The notes below the pieces were generated by a model that saw only the letters and a program-made list of their open reading frames with translations, had not been told where the DNA came from and searched no databases. The position numbers were made by a program, and so were the translations under genes. Below are positions 42,830 to 56,493 of a stretch of DNA of 64,000 nt, piece after piece (positions within the stretch are counted from its first letter, which is position 1; every line of letters starts with the position of its first letter). Origin of the DNA: the human T2T-CHM13v2.0 reference genome, Homo sapiens; the NCBI RefSeq assembly GCF_009914755.1, contig NC_060932.1; one strand, written 5' to 3'.

Positions 42830-43320
42830 ATAATGATGAGAGCTAATATTTCTGGTGTGCTTATCCCATTCGATCCTCACAATAATCTTAATCCTATCAA
42901 CAGGCCGCATAGGAAAGTGATAAAAAGCAACAGACTGCCAAGATTCAAATCCCTGCTCAACCCTGAACAGCTGCGTAACCTTGAGCAAGACATTAAGCCC
43001 CTTTGGGCCTCAGTTTCCTCACTATAAAGAGAGGATAATGGTAGTGCCTGCCTCACAGGGTTTTCTCCTAAAGCAACTGGCATACACTAGGCAAAATATA
43101 AATGTTATAATGCCCATTTTACAGACAAAACAACTGAGACAGCGCTTGGCACACAGTGAGCACAATATAAATGTTTGCTATCATTCCCATTTTATAGACA
43201 AAACAACTGAGGCTCAAAGTGGTAAGTAACTTGCCAAAATTCCACAGCTAGTAAATGGCAGCTGGTCTAACCCAGACATCTTAGACTTCAGACCCAATGT
43301 GCCAAACCACAGTGCCGTAT
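42830..43320. mobile_element. Cluster of oppositely oriented MIR fragments
   Basis: CCTCAGTTTCCTCAC and its inverse CCCATTTTATAGAC...ACTGAGGCTC...AAGTAACTTGCC. Confidence 0.75.
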
Positions 43321-46300
43321 AAACTGAATATTCAAGTTGCCGTGACAGTTACCTACAAAGGTAAATTAACCTGTTTATCTCTTGGGTCCTTTTCAACCGT
43401 GGGGCCTCTCTTGGCTAGGTGATTTACTTAAGACCTGATCACTGCCCTTGCAGGCTGAATATGCAAGATGCCAGGCCTCTGAAACAGAACACCCAACTCC
43501 TCCGCTGAGACCTGGTCTGGCCCAGCTGCAGCCAATGCATCCCCCACGACAGCTGTTTGCTGCCCTCTCTGACTAGCTACTGAACCCTGAAATTCTCAAA
43601 GGCTGCCCTGGGAATTTTCATCATTGAGATTTCAGCTTCTAACAATATGCCAATGAAAAAATATCACCCTAGACAGATTCAGATGATCCCAACCCTGTCT
43701 TCAGCAGGCCGTAGGCAACTATCCTTCCTTCAACATCTTTCTAACCTACAGGCCAAAATACATTATATCTGTGAAGGGTCTGGAAACTGGGAAATGGTCC
43801 AAATGTCATCGTCTGTCAGGGGCCTCCACTGTACTGTAGAAAATGCACAGGGAATGAGCCTAGCTCCTGTTCCACTTCTGCCACTGGCAACCACGTGAAC
43901 TCTGAGAAGCCTCTTTGCCTCTCTGAGCTTTGGCTTCTCCTTCTGTGGTGCAGAAACACTGGACTAGATGATCTATACATTCCCTTCCCTTGTTTGATCT
44001 TTATTTCCCTGTTTTCATTCAGAGCCAGATCTCATTTTGATTTGACCACATTCAAAAACAACTCACAATAAACTCTCACTTTAGGGAGATACACACACGC
44101 TGATTTCCATAATGCATAAATGGAAAGGAACACTGTTGCTATTTGCAATTGTGAAGGGATAAAGCCACTTTCAAAACCCCAACATGAGCTGCTGGAACCA
44201 CTGAGAGGGAAAAATCTATTAGTCCGATAACCATACATTACATGAAACGTATGGAGTGGAAGCTTTTATTCCTGAGAGTACGCAGCAATAAACTGGTCCT
44301 ATTCCTAATGTGGTTCATGACAGTCAGCCCAGATTACATGTGTATGTGTATGCCTGAGTGTGTGTGCACAAATGAGAAAGTACTATGAACATCTCAAGAA
44401 AGGACCATATTCATTATGATGATCATCTCAAAATGATATCAGATAACTTATCAAAGATACTAGAGTGAGTCATAATCTTACTTTTGGCCCTATACAGACA
44501 AAATACTTGCAGCTAAATCAGCGATGCGAATATACTTTTGAATTAGACTGCACAGAACAGATAAGTTGAGAAAGTAAGTAAGGGTTCACCACATGGACTT
44601 TCAGTGATGGTGGTTTGATATCTAAAAATACTCTTTTCATCATCAGCATGTATAAAATGTAACTACTTATTGATTGCTATTTTCTTCTTCCCAACATCAT
44701 TGTAATTTATATTTTTATGATTTAAAGCAACTTTAAGATGGCTCCATTGAATAAAATTAATGCCATCAAGTAACTATTCTATATATCTTTTCAGAAGTCT
44801 GATTCATAAAAAATGCAAACTATAGATGATAAATTTCTCCACACATTTTTTAGAGGTTTCATAATCTTTGTAGCATAATTTCTCTTAATGGCCCAATAGC
44901 ACTGAATCCTTCATCAAATTTTTATGCAATATATTTGCTACACTGGCACTCTAATAAGAAAGGAAAAAAAAAGACAAATGATCCAGAAAGCTGAGGTATG
45001 TTATGGCCAGACTATTATTCTGAATGGTAATGCCAGGCTTGCCCTGAATACTTTGCCTAATTAGACTTCACACGAGAAAAAAAACTCTTTAATATTTAAC
45101 AAGTATAATGGTGCAATCAATGTGCACAAATCAGGCTCGATAAGGAGTATTGCTTATTAAAAAGAAAGACAGATGGCTACGGGAAAGGTATAATCATTAA
45201 AAGTAAGACCTCACAGACTCCAACTGTGAACACCAGCCACGTTCTTTAAAATTGCCACTTCAACCACAGAAGCTCAATGCATTATTTAGTCCTGTCCTCA
45301 TGCTCAGCGGACCACAGATACACCCACGTCATAGATTGAATAAAACAACTTGGTTCAAATAGATGGTCTTTGCTGTTTCTCAAAAACCATATTTTCTTAA
45401 CCACTTTTGCTGATGTCAGAATCCCAGAGAGTCCAGATGTCCAACACGTCCCTTATAATCGTTTCAGCTAGGTAATTAGTCCTCCTTTTTATTACCTTCA
45501 AGAACACGTAACATGTTGGAAGCCTTCCTGCCCCTATTAAATCCAGCCAGCCTGCCACAAGAGTATGAATATATAATTTATTTATAGGTAACTTTTAAGA
45601 AAACACATAGTATGTAGGAATATAGTTGAAAACAGGCATGCTTATAAACTGAAAATTATAATAAAAGAGATTTCTAAAGGTGAGTTTTCTGTTTGGTTTC
45701 TCCAAGGTCAGATTTACACTCAAATATGGGGATCCTTGAATGTGATTTGTCTATTCACGAACACAGTTTTTACTCACCATGTTGACTATTAAATTGCTAC
45801 ATTTACTCTTTCCATACACCTTTATCAAGAACCTTCTGTGTCTACACACTGTACTATACTTGCCACACTTTTGGGAAGACATTATAAAATTGTGTAAACT
45901 ATGGTCCCTATACTCCAGGAGTCTATAATTTGGTCCAAATACAATGTAAACACAGCTAAAACATCCACTGCCACGTAACGTATTACTCTTGGTACCCATA
46001 AAGGTACCATAGCAATCTTGGGAGTAAAAGCTTTAGAGACAGACAGACATTTGTTCCAATGCTGGTTCAGCCTGTCATAGTCGTCTGACCCGAAGTATTC
46101 CATCGATGTGAATCTCAGTTCTTCAAGTATTTTTGTATGTGTTGAAAAAATAAATTCTACAAATAAAATACTTCAAATAGGGTTTAGCACATAGTAAAAC
46201 TTCCTAATCTGCTGCCATTTCCAGATTACCAGAAGAAAAACGAGCCTTAATTTAACTGAAAAACCAACTATTCACCCCTTGACTTAGATACAATGATACC

Positions 46301-46715
46301 CATATCCACATCTTATCTCTCTTTGGGTACATACAATCCCACTTTTGATACATAATAATTGTACATACTTATGGGGTACATTTGGTTTTTGATACATGCT
46401 CACAATGTGTAAATTATCAAATCAAGGCATACAATCCAATTTTTCACTTGTGCCCCTAAAGAAACTCCTCAGAACTAATCTTACCAAGTGTTTCCAGGAA
46501 GATCATAGATTTGAAGTACAGAGAAAAAAGGATTTCAAACTTTAATTCACTAGCTGGATGTGCACAGATGAAGCTAAGGTCATTTAGAGTCCATTTGATT
46601 CATGAAGCTTTTTGCCACCATTTCCATTTCTGATGTTGTAAAATAAACAGGAAATAAAAATACATCCCTCTGCCTTGAAGTACGCAGTGAGGGCTCACCA
46701 TCCCCAGGGAATATC

Positions 46716-47157
46716 TGTGACTGAAATGCCAGGGGGTCATGTCCAGGTCCTGCTGCTCACAGCACAGAAAGTCGATCTCAGAGAAAACGCGTATTGCAAG
46801 GGAAGAAGGTTTTAATCACACGGCATCTCCCTGACCCACTAAAATTAGGGGTTTATATAGCAGGGAAGGAATATAAGTACACATCGGAAAACAGGAATTA
46901 GGGAGGGGTAAGGAAGGGGAGTTGGCCAACAGGAAGCAGGTGGTCACTTAGGCAATTACGATGGATGAATGGTCTGGGGTTTGCTCAGACTTGGTGATCT
47001 GGTTAAGTTTCAGCTCCTTGATAATATCTGGGAGACCTGAGGGTTGGTTTTCTGAGAAAGGAACTCAGATAACACAAATGGAAGTTTCTTAAGTTTTCTA
47101 TGTTTATTCAAAAGAAGCAATAAACATCAGTTCTATGGGAAAATTGGACCAGTTTCA
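46716..47157 (-). mobile_element. ERV1 solo LTR (MER66-like)
   Basis: TG...CA termini; GGTCCTGCTGCTC, CTAAAATTAGGGGTTTATATAGCAGGG and TAAACATCAGTTCTATGGG resemble MER66 in reverse complement. Confidence 0.72.
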
Positions 47158-49679
47158 GATGCTCCATGGGTCAGTAAGCCCTAGCGTAGTAATATATTCC
47201 TTTCCTTGTATTTCAGTCTCCTGTGAGCTCCTGGGGTCAGAATCCACTGTCTGTTCATCTATGTAACTCCAGCATCAAGCACAATGCCAGGCATACAGTA
47301 GAAGTCCAAAACTAGATTCTGAACAACCTGAGAGTAGGCATCTTGGTAGTTCATTATTATAAGGGGCACCTAAAACTATCTGCCTATTGGCCATGGTACC
47401 TAATGATGTTGCAGAGCCCATCAAGTGCAGATTGATGAAAATAAGGAACCTGGGTTCTATTCTCAACAACATCATTCATTCCACTAAGTAGCTGGGTCAT
47501 CTTAGATAAGTCACTTAGCCTCTCTGAGCCTCTGTTGCTCATCTTCAGATTAGACAGATAGTACAGGTCATCTCAAACCTGCTATTATTTCTGCAAAATA
47601 CTGTTGTTAGATCAAATGATCTCAGAGATGCTATTATTTCTGTTGATATATTTTTGCTAATCATTGGTTCTCTCATTAATTCCAACTCCAACATGTTATT
47701 GACAAGATTATTAAATGAAGCCTACAAGTCCTCCAGAAATGAAGTATCTCTTTCAAATGCATGATTTTGCCATTTCAAAGATTTCTAGCTCATGTACATT
47801 AAATAAACAAACACGATCAGCTTTATTCAAAGCTTTGCCATTCATTCTCTGACCTTCTTTCCTACACGATGGAGAGCAATGGCGATACTTGGTGGTTTCA
47901 CACACTGGCATGTCATCTGCCCCAAGAATAACACAACCATCGCTTGTGGACACCAGGGAAAGGGGTTTAAAGAGCCAATGCCTCCCACATGCCTTCACTT
48001 TAGTGGGTGGCCAGCTCCACAAGCCAAAGAAGCCCCTCCTCATGCTTTCAAGCAACCAGACAATTTTACAAGGGTCCCACATTCACATCCCATCCCACCT
48101 TGGTGAAAAGTGCAAAAAGTCACTGGTTACCCTCTGTGCACCAGTAAAATTCATCATCTTGAGACGACAGGGGAAAAATGCAGTCCTGGTACTTAGCCAG
48201 CAAATAATTCCTGCAGTTGGTTCAAGAGGTCAATGTCTTGAGTAGGAGAGAAAGCAAAAAAAAAAGCCGGTATTTCCAACTTCATTTTCCATTAGAACAC
48301 CAAACGTGAAGATACTGGTTCTACATACAGGGTCTAAGGAGGCGTTCCCTGAGGCCTCTGTTATCCACACTAATAATGCCCCAAGCACTGGTGCAGACTC
48401 ATTCTTGGAAGAATGCAAAAAGCTAAGTCCAGTGAAGCTGGATAAATTCCTTTTTATACCCAGATATATTAATGGGGAAAACCCTCAGGATTTTTAGTTA
48501 CTTAAGTGAATAATATGTTCTCTACTAAGGAAAGCTATTTTTGAGAGCACCCCAGACCCAAAATGTTGAACCAGCTTACTCAATCCAACAAAGTGACTAT
48601 TTTCTGCTCAGATTTCGGCTTCAGCCACCCTCTGGACTGATGAATCAATTCACAGTCCACAAATTTCATTGCTTTGCATTTGATTAAATTCCTACTTTAT
48701 GGATTAAGAACTTGCCCAGGGCTACAGAGTGAGTCAGCTACAGAGCTCTGTCTCCACCAAGCTAGTTTCCTACTGTAGAAACTTGTCTACACCTCCAACT
48801 GGAGGAGAAGTAAAAAAAAAAAGAAAAGAAAAAAAGAAAGATAAAGACTCAAACTCAGCTTTCTCCTGTTATTCCTGTTATTCAGGCCCAGAAATAAATG
48901 GGCCATAAGTTTAGTTAAAAGATGAAAGAAATCTCCCTGCCAAAAAGTATGCTTTAGACAACTTGGAGGTCATAGGTATATCCAAAGAAATATCCCTGCA
49001 AAATACAAGTCTCCTCCCTTGTTCACCCATTATGTAGCCATAAACGTACTCAAAAAAAATCTTACTTCTATGCATATAAGTTGCTCAAAGGTAACCTGGA
49101 AATTTTAAGTTACTTATACGTATGGAGGTCCAAGAAGATGTATTTCTTTCCTATCCTCTTGTATAAAGAGCAGATGGTAAATAATAAAAGAAAAACTATT
49201 ACCTTTCCGGTAACTAATTAAAGTAGCCAGGGGACATTAGGAATTCATCCTTTAACAGCAAGTTCTAGTCATTCCTGTCAGTCTAGAACTTCAAAGATAT
49301 CAAGGGATTTCTGGGATTAGTTTCCAAACCCAAGCACCTTATCATAGCGACAGGTACACAGTAGGTATTCAAGATATATTTGATTATAATAATCTAGAAC
49401 TTACACATTTAAAAAACTAAGAATAGAAATAGGAGATATAAGGCCTAAAGCAAATATAGCATGCTCCTCCTCATCTTCCCAATGCTCCTTGACACTCGTT
49501 TTCTTTTCCATGTTTCTTTCCCGTCCCTCTCTGCCATAACAGTTGACACATATATTAAGGATTTACCATGTGCTGTAGCATTTACGTACATTAGCTCAAT
49601 GACTCAGCAAACCCCTCAGTAAAATAAGCATGATTATTCCATTTTATGGATGAGAAACAGGAATCTAAAGAATTAAGTA

Positions 49680-50068
<389 letters not shown>

Positions 50069-51479
50069 TTATCCAGTTCATTCATTCCGAGATTTTTTCA
50101 CTTATTTGTGTGCTTTGCATGTACTCATGATACTAATATTCCCAAGAACCATTTGAACTAACTTGGGTTTCATTTCAAGGACTATTCCTCTTCCCACTAA
50201 GCTGTCCTTCTGTGTTTTTTTTTTTTAAGTTTGCTTGTTCAATTCATTTTAATACACTGTATTAGTTCCACAAAATGGGCTTTTGAAAATTACAGTAACT
50301 TGCTTGAAACAAACTCTTCTCCAATTCGATACTGTTTTTAAATTTTTGGCTTTAAAAAAAAAAGCCTGAATCAAGCTTCTCTTGCACCTGGGCAGGTTCT
50401 GTTTGCTTATTCACAGAAGGGCTGGTTTATGCCTATGTGCCATGGCATAATAAATAACGAGTTAAGGCTTCCTGCTCCTGGCTGAGGTAGACGTTTCTGA
50501 ACTGTAATGATTTTGTAAAATCCACTTTCCCTCCCTACCACACACATCTACCCTGGTCACCAAACAAGGCGGCTCAGTATCATAAAACCACTTGGAACAT
50601 CTCTCTAAAGACCATCCCTGATCTAACAACACAGGCTAGTCTACAGAACTGCAAGCAGGGCCCTATACAGGCCTCCATGGATCTGGCTCTCTGCATCATA
50701 GTGAAACAGACCTGGATGTAATTAACCAAATCCCCAGCTCAGAGGGGGTCAGGGAGAGGCTCATTTCTCCTGTGACAATAGCTACCCCTTAAAGAGCTCC
50801 AGTAGTTATTGCCAGACAACTAATAATTTTGACTTAGCTACTCACTGACAGGGGATGTACTGCTTTTGGAAAAATCCTGCAGTGGGAGGCCAGGGAGCCA
50901 GAAGTCCATAAGAGGCAATGCACCAATCTGGAGATGCACCAGGCTGCAGCTCTCCTCTGAGCTTTTTAGCAGAAGCCATCCAGCTGGTGCAGCACAGCTG
51001 AGCCTCTGACCCAGCCTTGGACCCCTCAAGAAATGGTCACTTATATCCCCCTGCATCCTGGATCCCCAACCGCTTCTGTTCAGCTGACCTCCAACTTCAT
51101 TTCTGACTTGTTCCAACTTCCATGAGACCTGAGTTCTTGACTTCTTCTTAAAATAGCTTCTCCCTTACCCCTTGTACCCAAACCTTATTCTACACCATAG
51201 GTACCTCTCTTGGGCTCCAAGCTGCCATTTGCCTCCTGGCCATCCTCTTTGGCCAGCTTAGGTAACAACAAAGGGTCACAGGGACCCTACACTGCTGTCA
51301 GGTTTGTCCCAGCCTCTGGTGGAAGAACCAGAAAACGACATTCTAAAGGAACTGATCACACTCGGCCTTGGATTTTAGATACTTTTATCTCTACCACCAC
51401 TCTGTCAGTAGGGGGCAGCGGGGAAGAGGGAAGGGAAGGGAGAGGTTGAGAGGAGACAGATGAGAAGAAGAAAACGGAC

Positions 51480-51715
51480 ACTGCTATTGGTTGGTACCTA
51501 CTACTTCCTGGTGGCTCGGAACCTTACCTATACCTTTCGTTTAATTCTTGCAACAAGCCTATAAGATGTTATTATCCCCATTTTGCACATGAGGAAGCTA
51601 AGCCTCAGAGATGTTTAGTAATGGAACAAGGTCCCCCTAGTCAGTAAGGAGTAGAGCTGGGATTCAAACCCCAGGTTGTCCACCACCAAAGTCTCAAACC
51701 CTTCCTCTCTCCTGC
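51480..51715. mobile_element. MIR
   Basis: TATTATCCCCATTTTGCACATGAGGAAGCTAAGCCTCAGAGA...GGGATTCAAACCCCAGG. Confidence 0.75.
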
Positions 51716-52149
51716 ACTGTCTTCACATCTTGGTATTCCCTGCAGTGTCTGGCAGAGTACCTTCATAGAACAGGTGCATAAAAATGTTTGATAGATGAAT
51801 GCATGAATGGCTGACTCCAGCCTTAATACCTTAATATTCTGCAACCCACACACTCGATCTTATTCATACTTTCTGCTTGTAACATGCCTGCCAAACACCT
51901 TGATCGGAAGTTAGATGTTAAACAGAGATGTTGCTCTACATTGCATTTTTGAGCTGCTAGAAAAAGCTACATACACAAACCTATACATTAAAAGTGCTGA
52001 AGCAGACCCTCTGATAAAAATTATTTTGTTATCTTGCTCCATCATGCCCAGAAATGGAGACAAATACAATACTGTAAGGAAAATCAATGTTTGCATGTCA
52101 GAACTCAAAGACCTTTTCCAGGCTGCCAATTCAATGAGTATTTATGCTG

Positions 52150-52400
52150 GAAAAGACAGCAAAGAAGTCATGAGCTCAGGTCCTGGAGCCAGGCAGACGT
52201 GCACTAAGGCCCAGCTACACCACTTACTAGCTGACCTTGACTTGCTTCCTAAATCTTAGCGTTCTCATCCGTAAAACGCAGATGATAAGAGTGCACAGTT
52301 CCTAAGGTGGCTGTGCTGATTAAATGAAGAACTCACATACCACACTAAGCAGAGTACCTGCTACATATTTAAGGGCTCCATCAGTGTTAACCGTTTTTAT
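52150..52400. mobile_element. MIR
   Basis: CCACTTACTAGCTGACCTTG...TTCTCATCCGTAAAAC. Confidence 0.65.
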
Positions 52401-52590
52401 CATGGGAAGAGAATTGTGACAGAAGCGAAACAAGAAACCTTAAATGAATTACTTACCTTTGCAAACATTATTATAAGCGCTAAGTTTACCTGAATCCTCT
52501 GTTCCAGATTATTGTGACTACTAGAATGATCTACTCTGAAAGCAATGCAGTCAATAATGATAATATTAATAACAACCAACAGTTATATAT

Positions 52591-52967
52591 TGATATGGTT
52601 GGGTTCTATGCCCCCACCCAAATCTCATGTCAAATTATAATCCCCACATATGGAAGGAGGGGCCTTGTGGGAGGTGACTGAATCATAGCGGCAGACTTCC
52701 CCCTTGCTGTTCTCGTGATAGAGTTCTCATGAGATCTGGTTGTTTGCAAGTGTGTAGCACTTCCCCCTTGGCTCTCTCTCTCCTGTTGCCATGTGAAGAT
52801 GTGCTTGCCTCTCCTTCACTTTCTGCCATGATTGTAAGTTTCCTGAGGCCTCCCCAGCCATGCCCCCTGTGCAACCTTTGGAACTGTGAGTCAACTGAAC
52901 CTCTTTTCTTCATAAATTACCCAGTCTCAGGTAGTTCTTTACATCATTGTGAGAACAGACTCATACA
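52591..52967 (+). mobile_element. MST (MSTA-like MaLR) solo LTR
   Basis: TGATATGGTT...CCCACCCAAATCTCATG...AAATTACCCAGTCTCAGGTAGTTCTTTA...ACTCATACA. Confidence 0.9.
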
Positions 52968-53242
52968 TGTGTATATTTATATATTTATATTACATAACAT
53001 TTTTAAAAATTGTCTATAGTAGATAAAATATACAATGTTATATAATATATAACAATATATTTTTATATGATATGATAATGATGATAAATGATATACATTA
53101 TTATATTATATATAATATAAAATGTTATATATTATATGATATGTATTATATGACATATCATATATGAGTATATATTCATATCTTATATAATATATACTAT
53201 ATATCTTATATGATATATAAAATATATACACACACATATATA
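52968..53242. repeat. AT-rich low-complexity (TA-rich) tract
   Basis: About 270 bp of degenerate TATA/ATAT sequence. Confidence 0.85.
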
Positions 53243-55025
53243 ACCTTTCTTATGCTCCAGACACTGTTCTAACCACTTTTACAGACAAGAGCGTCACACA
53301 AACTTATGCAGGTTGTGCCGCAAAGTGTGCCCTGCAGGAACTTCAGCCCACTCTCTGTTGACCAGGCTGAGCACCCGACATGGAACAGTCTACCACAGAC
53401 GAAGGGGTTCCTAGCACAGCCCTGTGTACGTATGTTGACCTATTGACTGATGCGTTAACTTTAGGACGTTTCTAATATTTGAGAAACAGAAGTAGAAAGT
53501 CACTTTTGTGAGAACACACAGCCTAAGTCAAAGACCACCATTTTAGTAATTTTATTAACAGAATAGATGAACATACCACAAAAATCACCAGTAACCAGTT
53601 CCTAGTATCAAGCTGCAGTGCTGTGTGCCCACGTGCCTTAAGAATACAAAAACAAGGCTGGCCCTCAGTATAAATGGACAAATCACATCTACCTTCTCCC
53701 CATTTCCTGCTTCTCTTTTCTTCCATCAACTCAAATGTCCTTTGTGTGTGAAAATGAAACAAATTATCAAATATGACTCCAGGGTAACTGAATGTTATGT
53801 TTTATGCATTGCCTAAAAACAGCAATAAAAATTATCTGTGCAGCAAAGTAATGTTTCCCTAAGTCATAGGTTCAAAACATGAAATTCTAGCAAACAATTA
53901 TTTTTGTGCAGGCACAACTCCCAAGTGCTGGTTCCTAAAAATGACTCCCAAGTTTAAAGACTCATTCATTTCCTCTCAACTCAGCCATCCATAACCTTGT
54001 TCAGCTTGGAGCTCTTGCCCAAACTAAATTGTCCCATCCTGCATAAAGCTTTGTACCTATCATCTTGGCGTGGACTCAGCTTCAGTCTGCGAAGATGAAG
54101 GAGAGGCAGGGAGACACCATGGCCTTTGCTAGCTGGGGGTTTGAGGATAAGCCAAACTCTTGCAGTTCTGGGGAAGCATTAGTCTGTGCAAATGGGATCT
54201 CTATAACCTTTTCATGTGCGCAGAATCCTAAAAGTAATCCAAAACATTTAGCTTAATCAGAGGGAAATGATATTTAAAATGTTCTACAACCTTCATCCAA
54301 AAGTTATTCCTCTTACCCTGTTCTCCTAAGATTACTGACCTAGACCTTGATTTTTTTAAAAAAAACCAGATTGTCTTACCGTAAAATCCTGCCATGTAAA
54401 TATCAGAATTGGATGTCTGATAATTTTCCAAACTCAGAGACATTCTGCTAGATAAGACAGGAAAACCACTGGTAAGATTTAAGACCTACAATGGGCTAAA
54501 CTTTTCTCTGTTGCTAGTTTTTGTTGTGGTTTCGTTGGGTTTTGTCCATTTGCTTCTGAGACAAGGTCTTGAGATATTGCCTAGCGTGGTTTTGATATAT
54601 TGAGTGCTTCAGAAATCCTACTACCTCAGCCTCCCAAGTAGCTGGGACCACCACACCTGGGTCTAACTGTTTCTAATTTTACTTACAGATTAAAGGTATT
54701 TAGTTTGTCACTCGAATTAAATTTCATGGAAAACCTGAAAATATAATGTTCTCATTCATTTACATACAATATGGCAATATTTTCAGTAATAATGTTTGTT
54801 TATATACATTGTCAGTAATTTTTCTACCAAATAGCAAATTATTTCTGGCAAATAAAAACACAAACAAATAAAAACACCTTGGAGTTGTTCAATAAACATT
54901 CTCAAGCTCGACTAACTTCATTCACATTAGAATTTAGAAATAAGAAGTCTTCTCAAAAACACATAGAAGAAAGGTGACTTTCAGTGATGCATCTTGGAAT
55001 GTGATAAAACACTTTTTAAAGGTGA

Positions 55026-55361
<336 letters not shown>

Positions 55362-56458
55362 TAAAATTCCTTGAAAAACAACTTTTTTGCTGTTAATGAT
55401 ACAAATATCTATTTAGGAAATAAAACCATTTTAAACACATTAAAAGATAAAAATAAGCTGTACCAAAGACATACAAAGAAAACCACTGAAATACCTAGAT
55501 GAAAACCATATACATATATATTTTCAAAGTTTAAAAAAGCATATATTTGGAAATTAGGATATATAAAATACAAATCCAAATTCTTACATCTCTTTTAAGC
55601 CCTTAACTCTAAAATTATTAAAAACAGTACCAAATCCATCATTTAAGACCACTTTAATTTATTTTTAGGCCTTTGGCTAATGCTTTTGACACAAGGTTGC
55701 CCTTTTCTAATAAAGTATTCCATGTCGTGAACCCAGGAAGTTAAATTTCTTTGCTACCTTAAAGGACAGGATAATGGTAATAAATGACAGCCTGGGGTGA
55801 TACACTATGCTGAAGAGGTCCCCTAGTGGCGAAGCTCCTCTCCAACCCGGCTTTATAGGTTTTATAAGACTGCTTCATCATGAATGCAAAATCAATAGGT
55901 AATAAAGTCTACCCTAGCTTTGCCTCTGTAATAACCTCTATTAGCCCTAATATATAGTAGGGCTAACATTTAGAATCTCAAGGTCCTTTCATCAGGAATT
56001 ATTAAAAGAAGGATGTGATCCAAAGAATAACTTCATTACATTCTGTATTTTAAATCAACAAATATTTATTTAGTCCTTATGCCCTGCCAGGCACTGTGTT
56101 AGACATGGAGGAAAGAGGAAAGATGAGGACCCTTGCAGACCTTACTGATATTTCTTTTTAATGTAATAACATGGCATTAAGAACAGAGCTAGAGCAACAT
56201 GAAGATTGGTAAGTATCATTCATCATCATATGAACTTAGGATGGATTCTTAGGAAGATACAAGAAAAAGCTGAAGTATTGCCCCAAAGTTTCAACTCCTT
56301 ATTTTCAACACCTATACTGGGCAGTATCTGAGATTCTCCAATAAATAATCAATAGATAAATGAATAGAAAGTAGGATTACAAAGAAGAAGGAATTTTTAC
56401 AATTTTTTTTAAATGTTGAAACATGCTGGAGTTGGGGATCCCTAAATGTAAAGAAAGA

Positions 56459-56459
<1 letters not shown>

Positions 56460-56491
<32 letters not shown>
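56460..56491 (+). repeat. Poly(A)32 mononucleotide tract abutting a MIR (about 56492-56730)
   Basis: Pure A run with no Alu attached. Confidence 0.9.

Positions 56492-56493
<2 letters not shown>

Noticed and set aside
56460-56491. Orphan poly(A) as the tail of a processed pseudogene
   Set aside because: No mRNA-like body or polyA signal directly upstream; the short AAAGACA match on each side is too weak to call a TSD.
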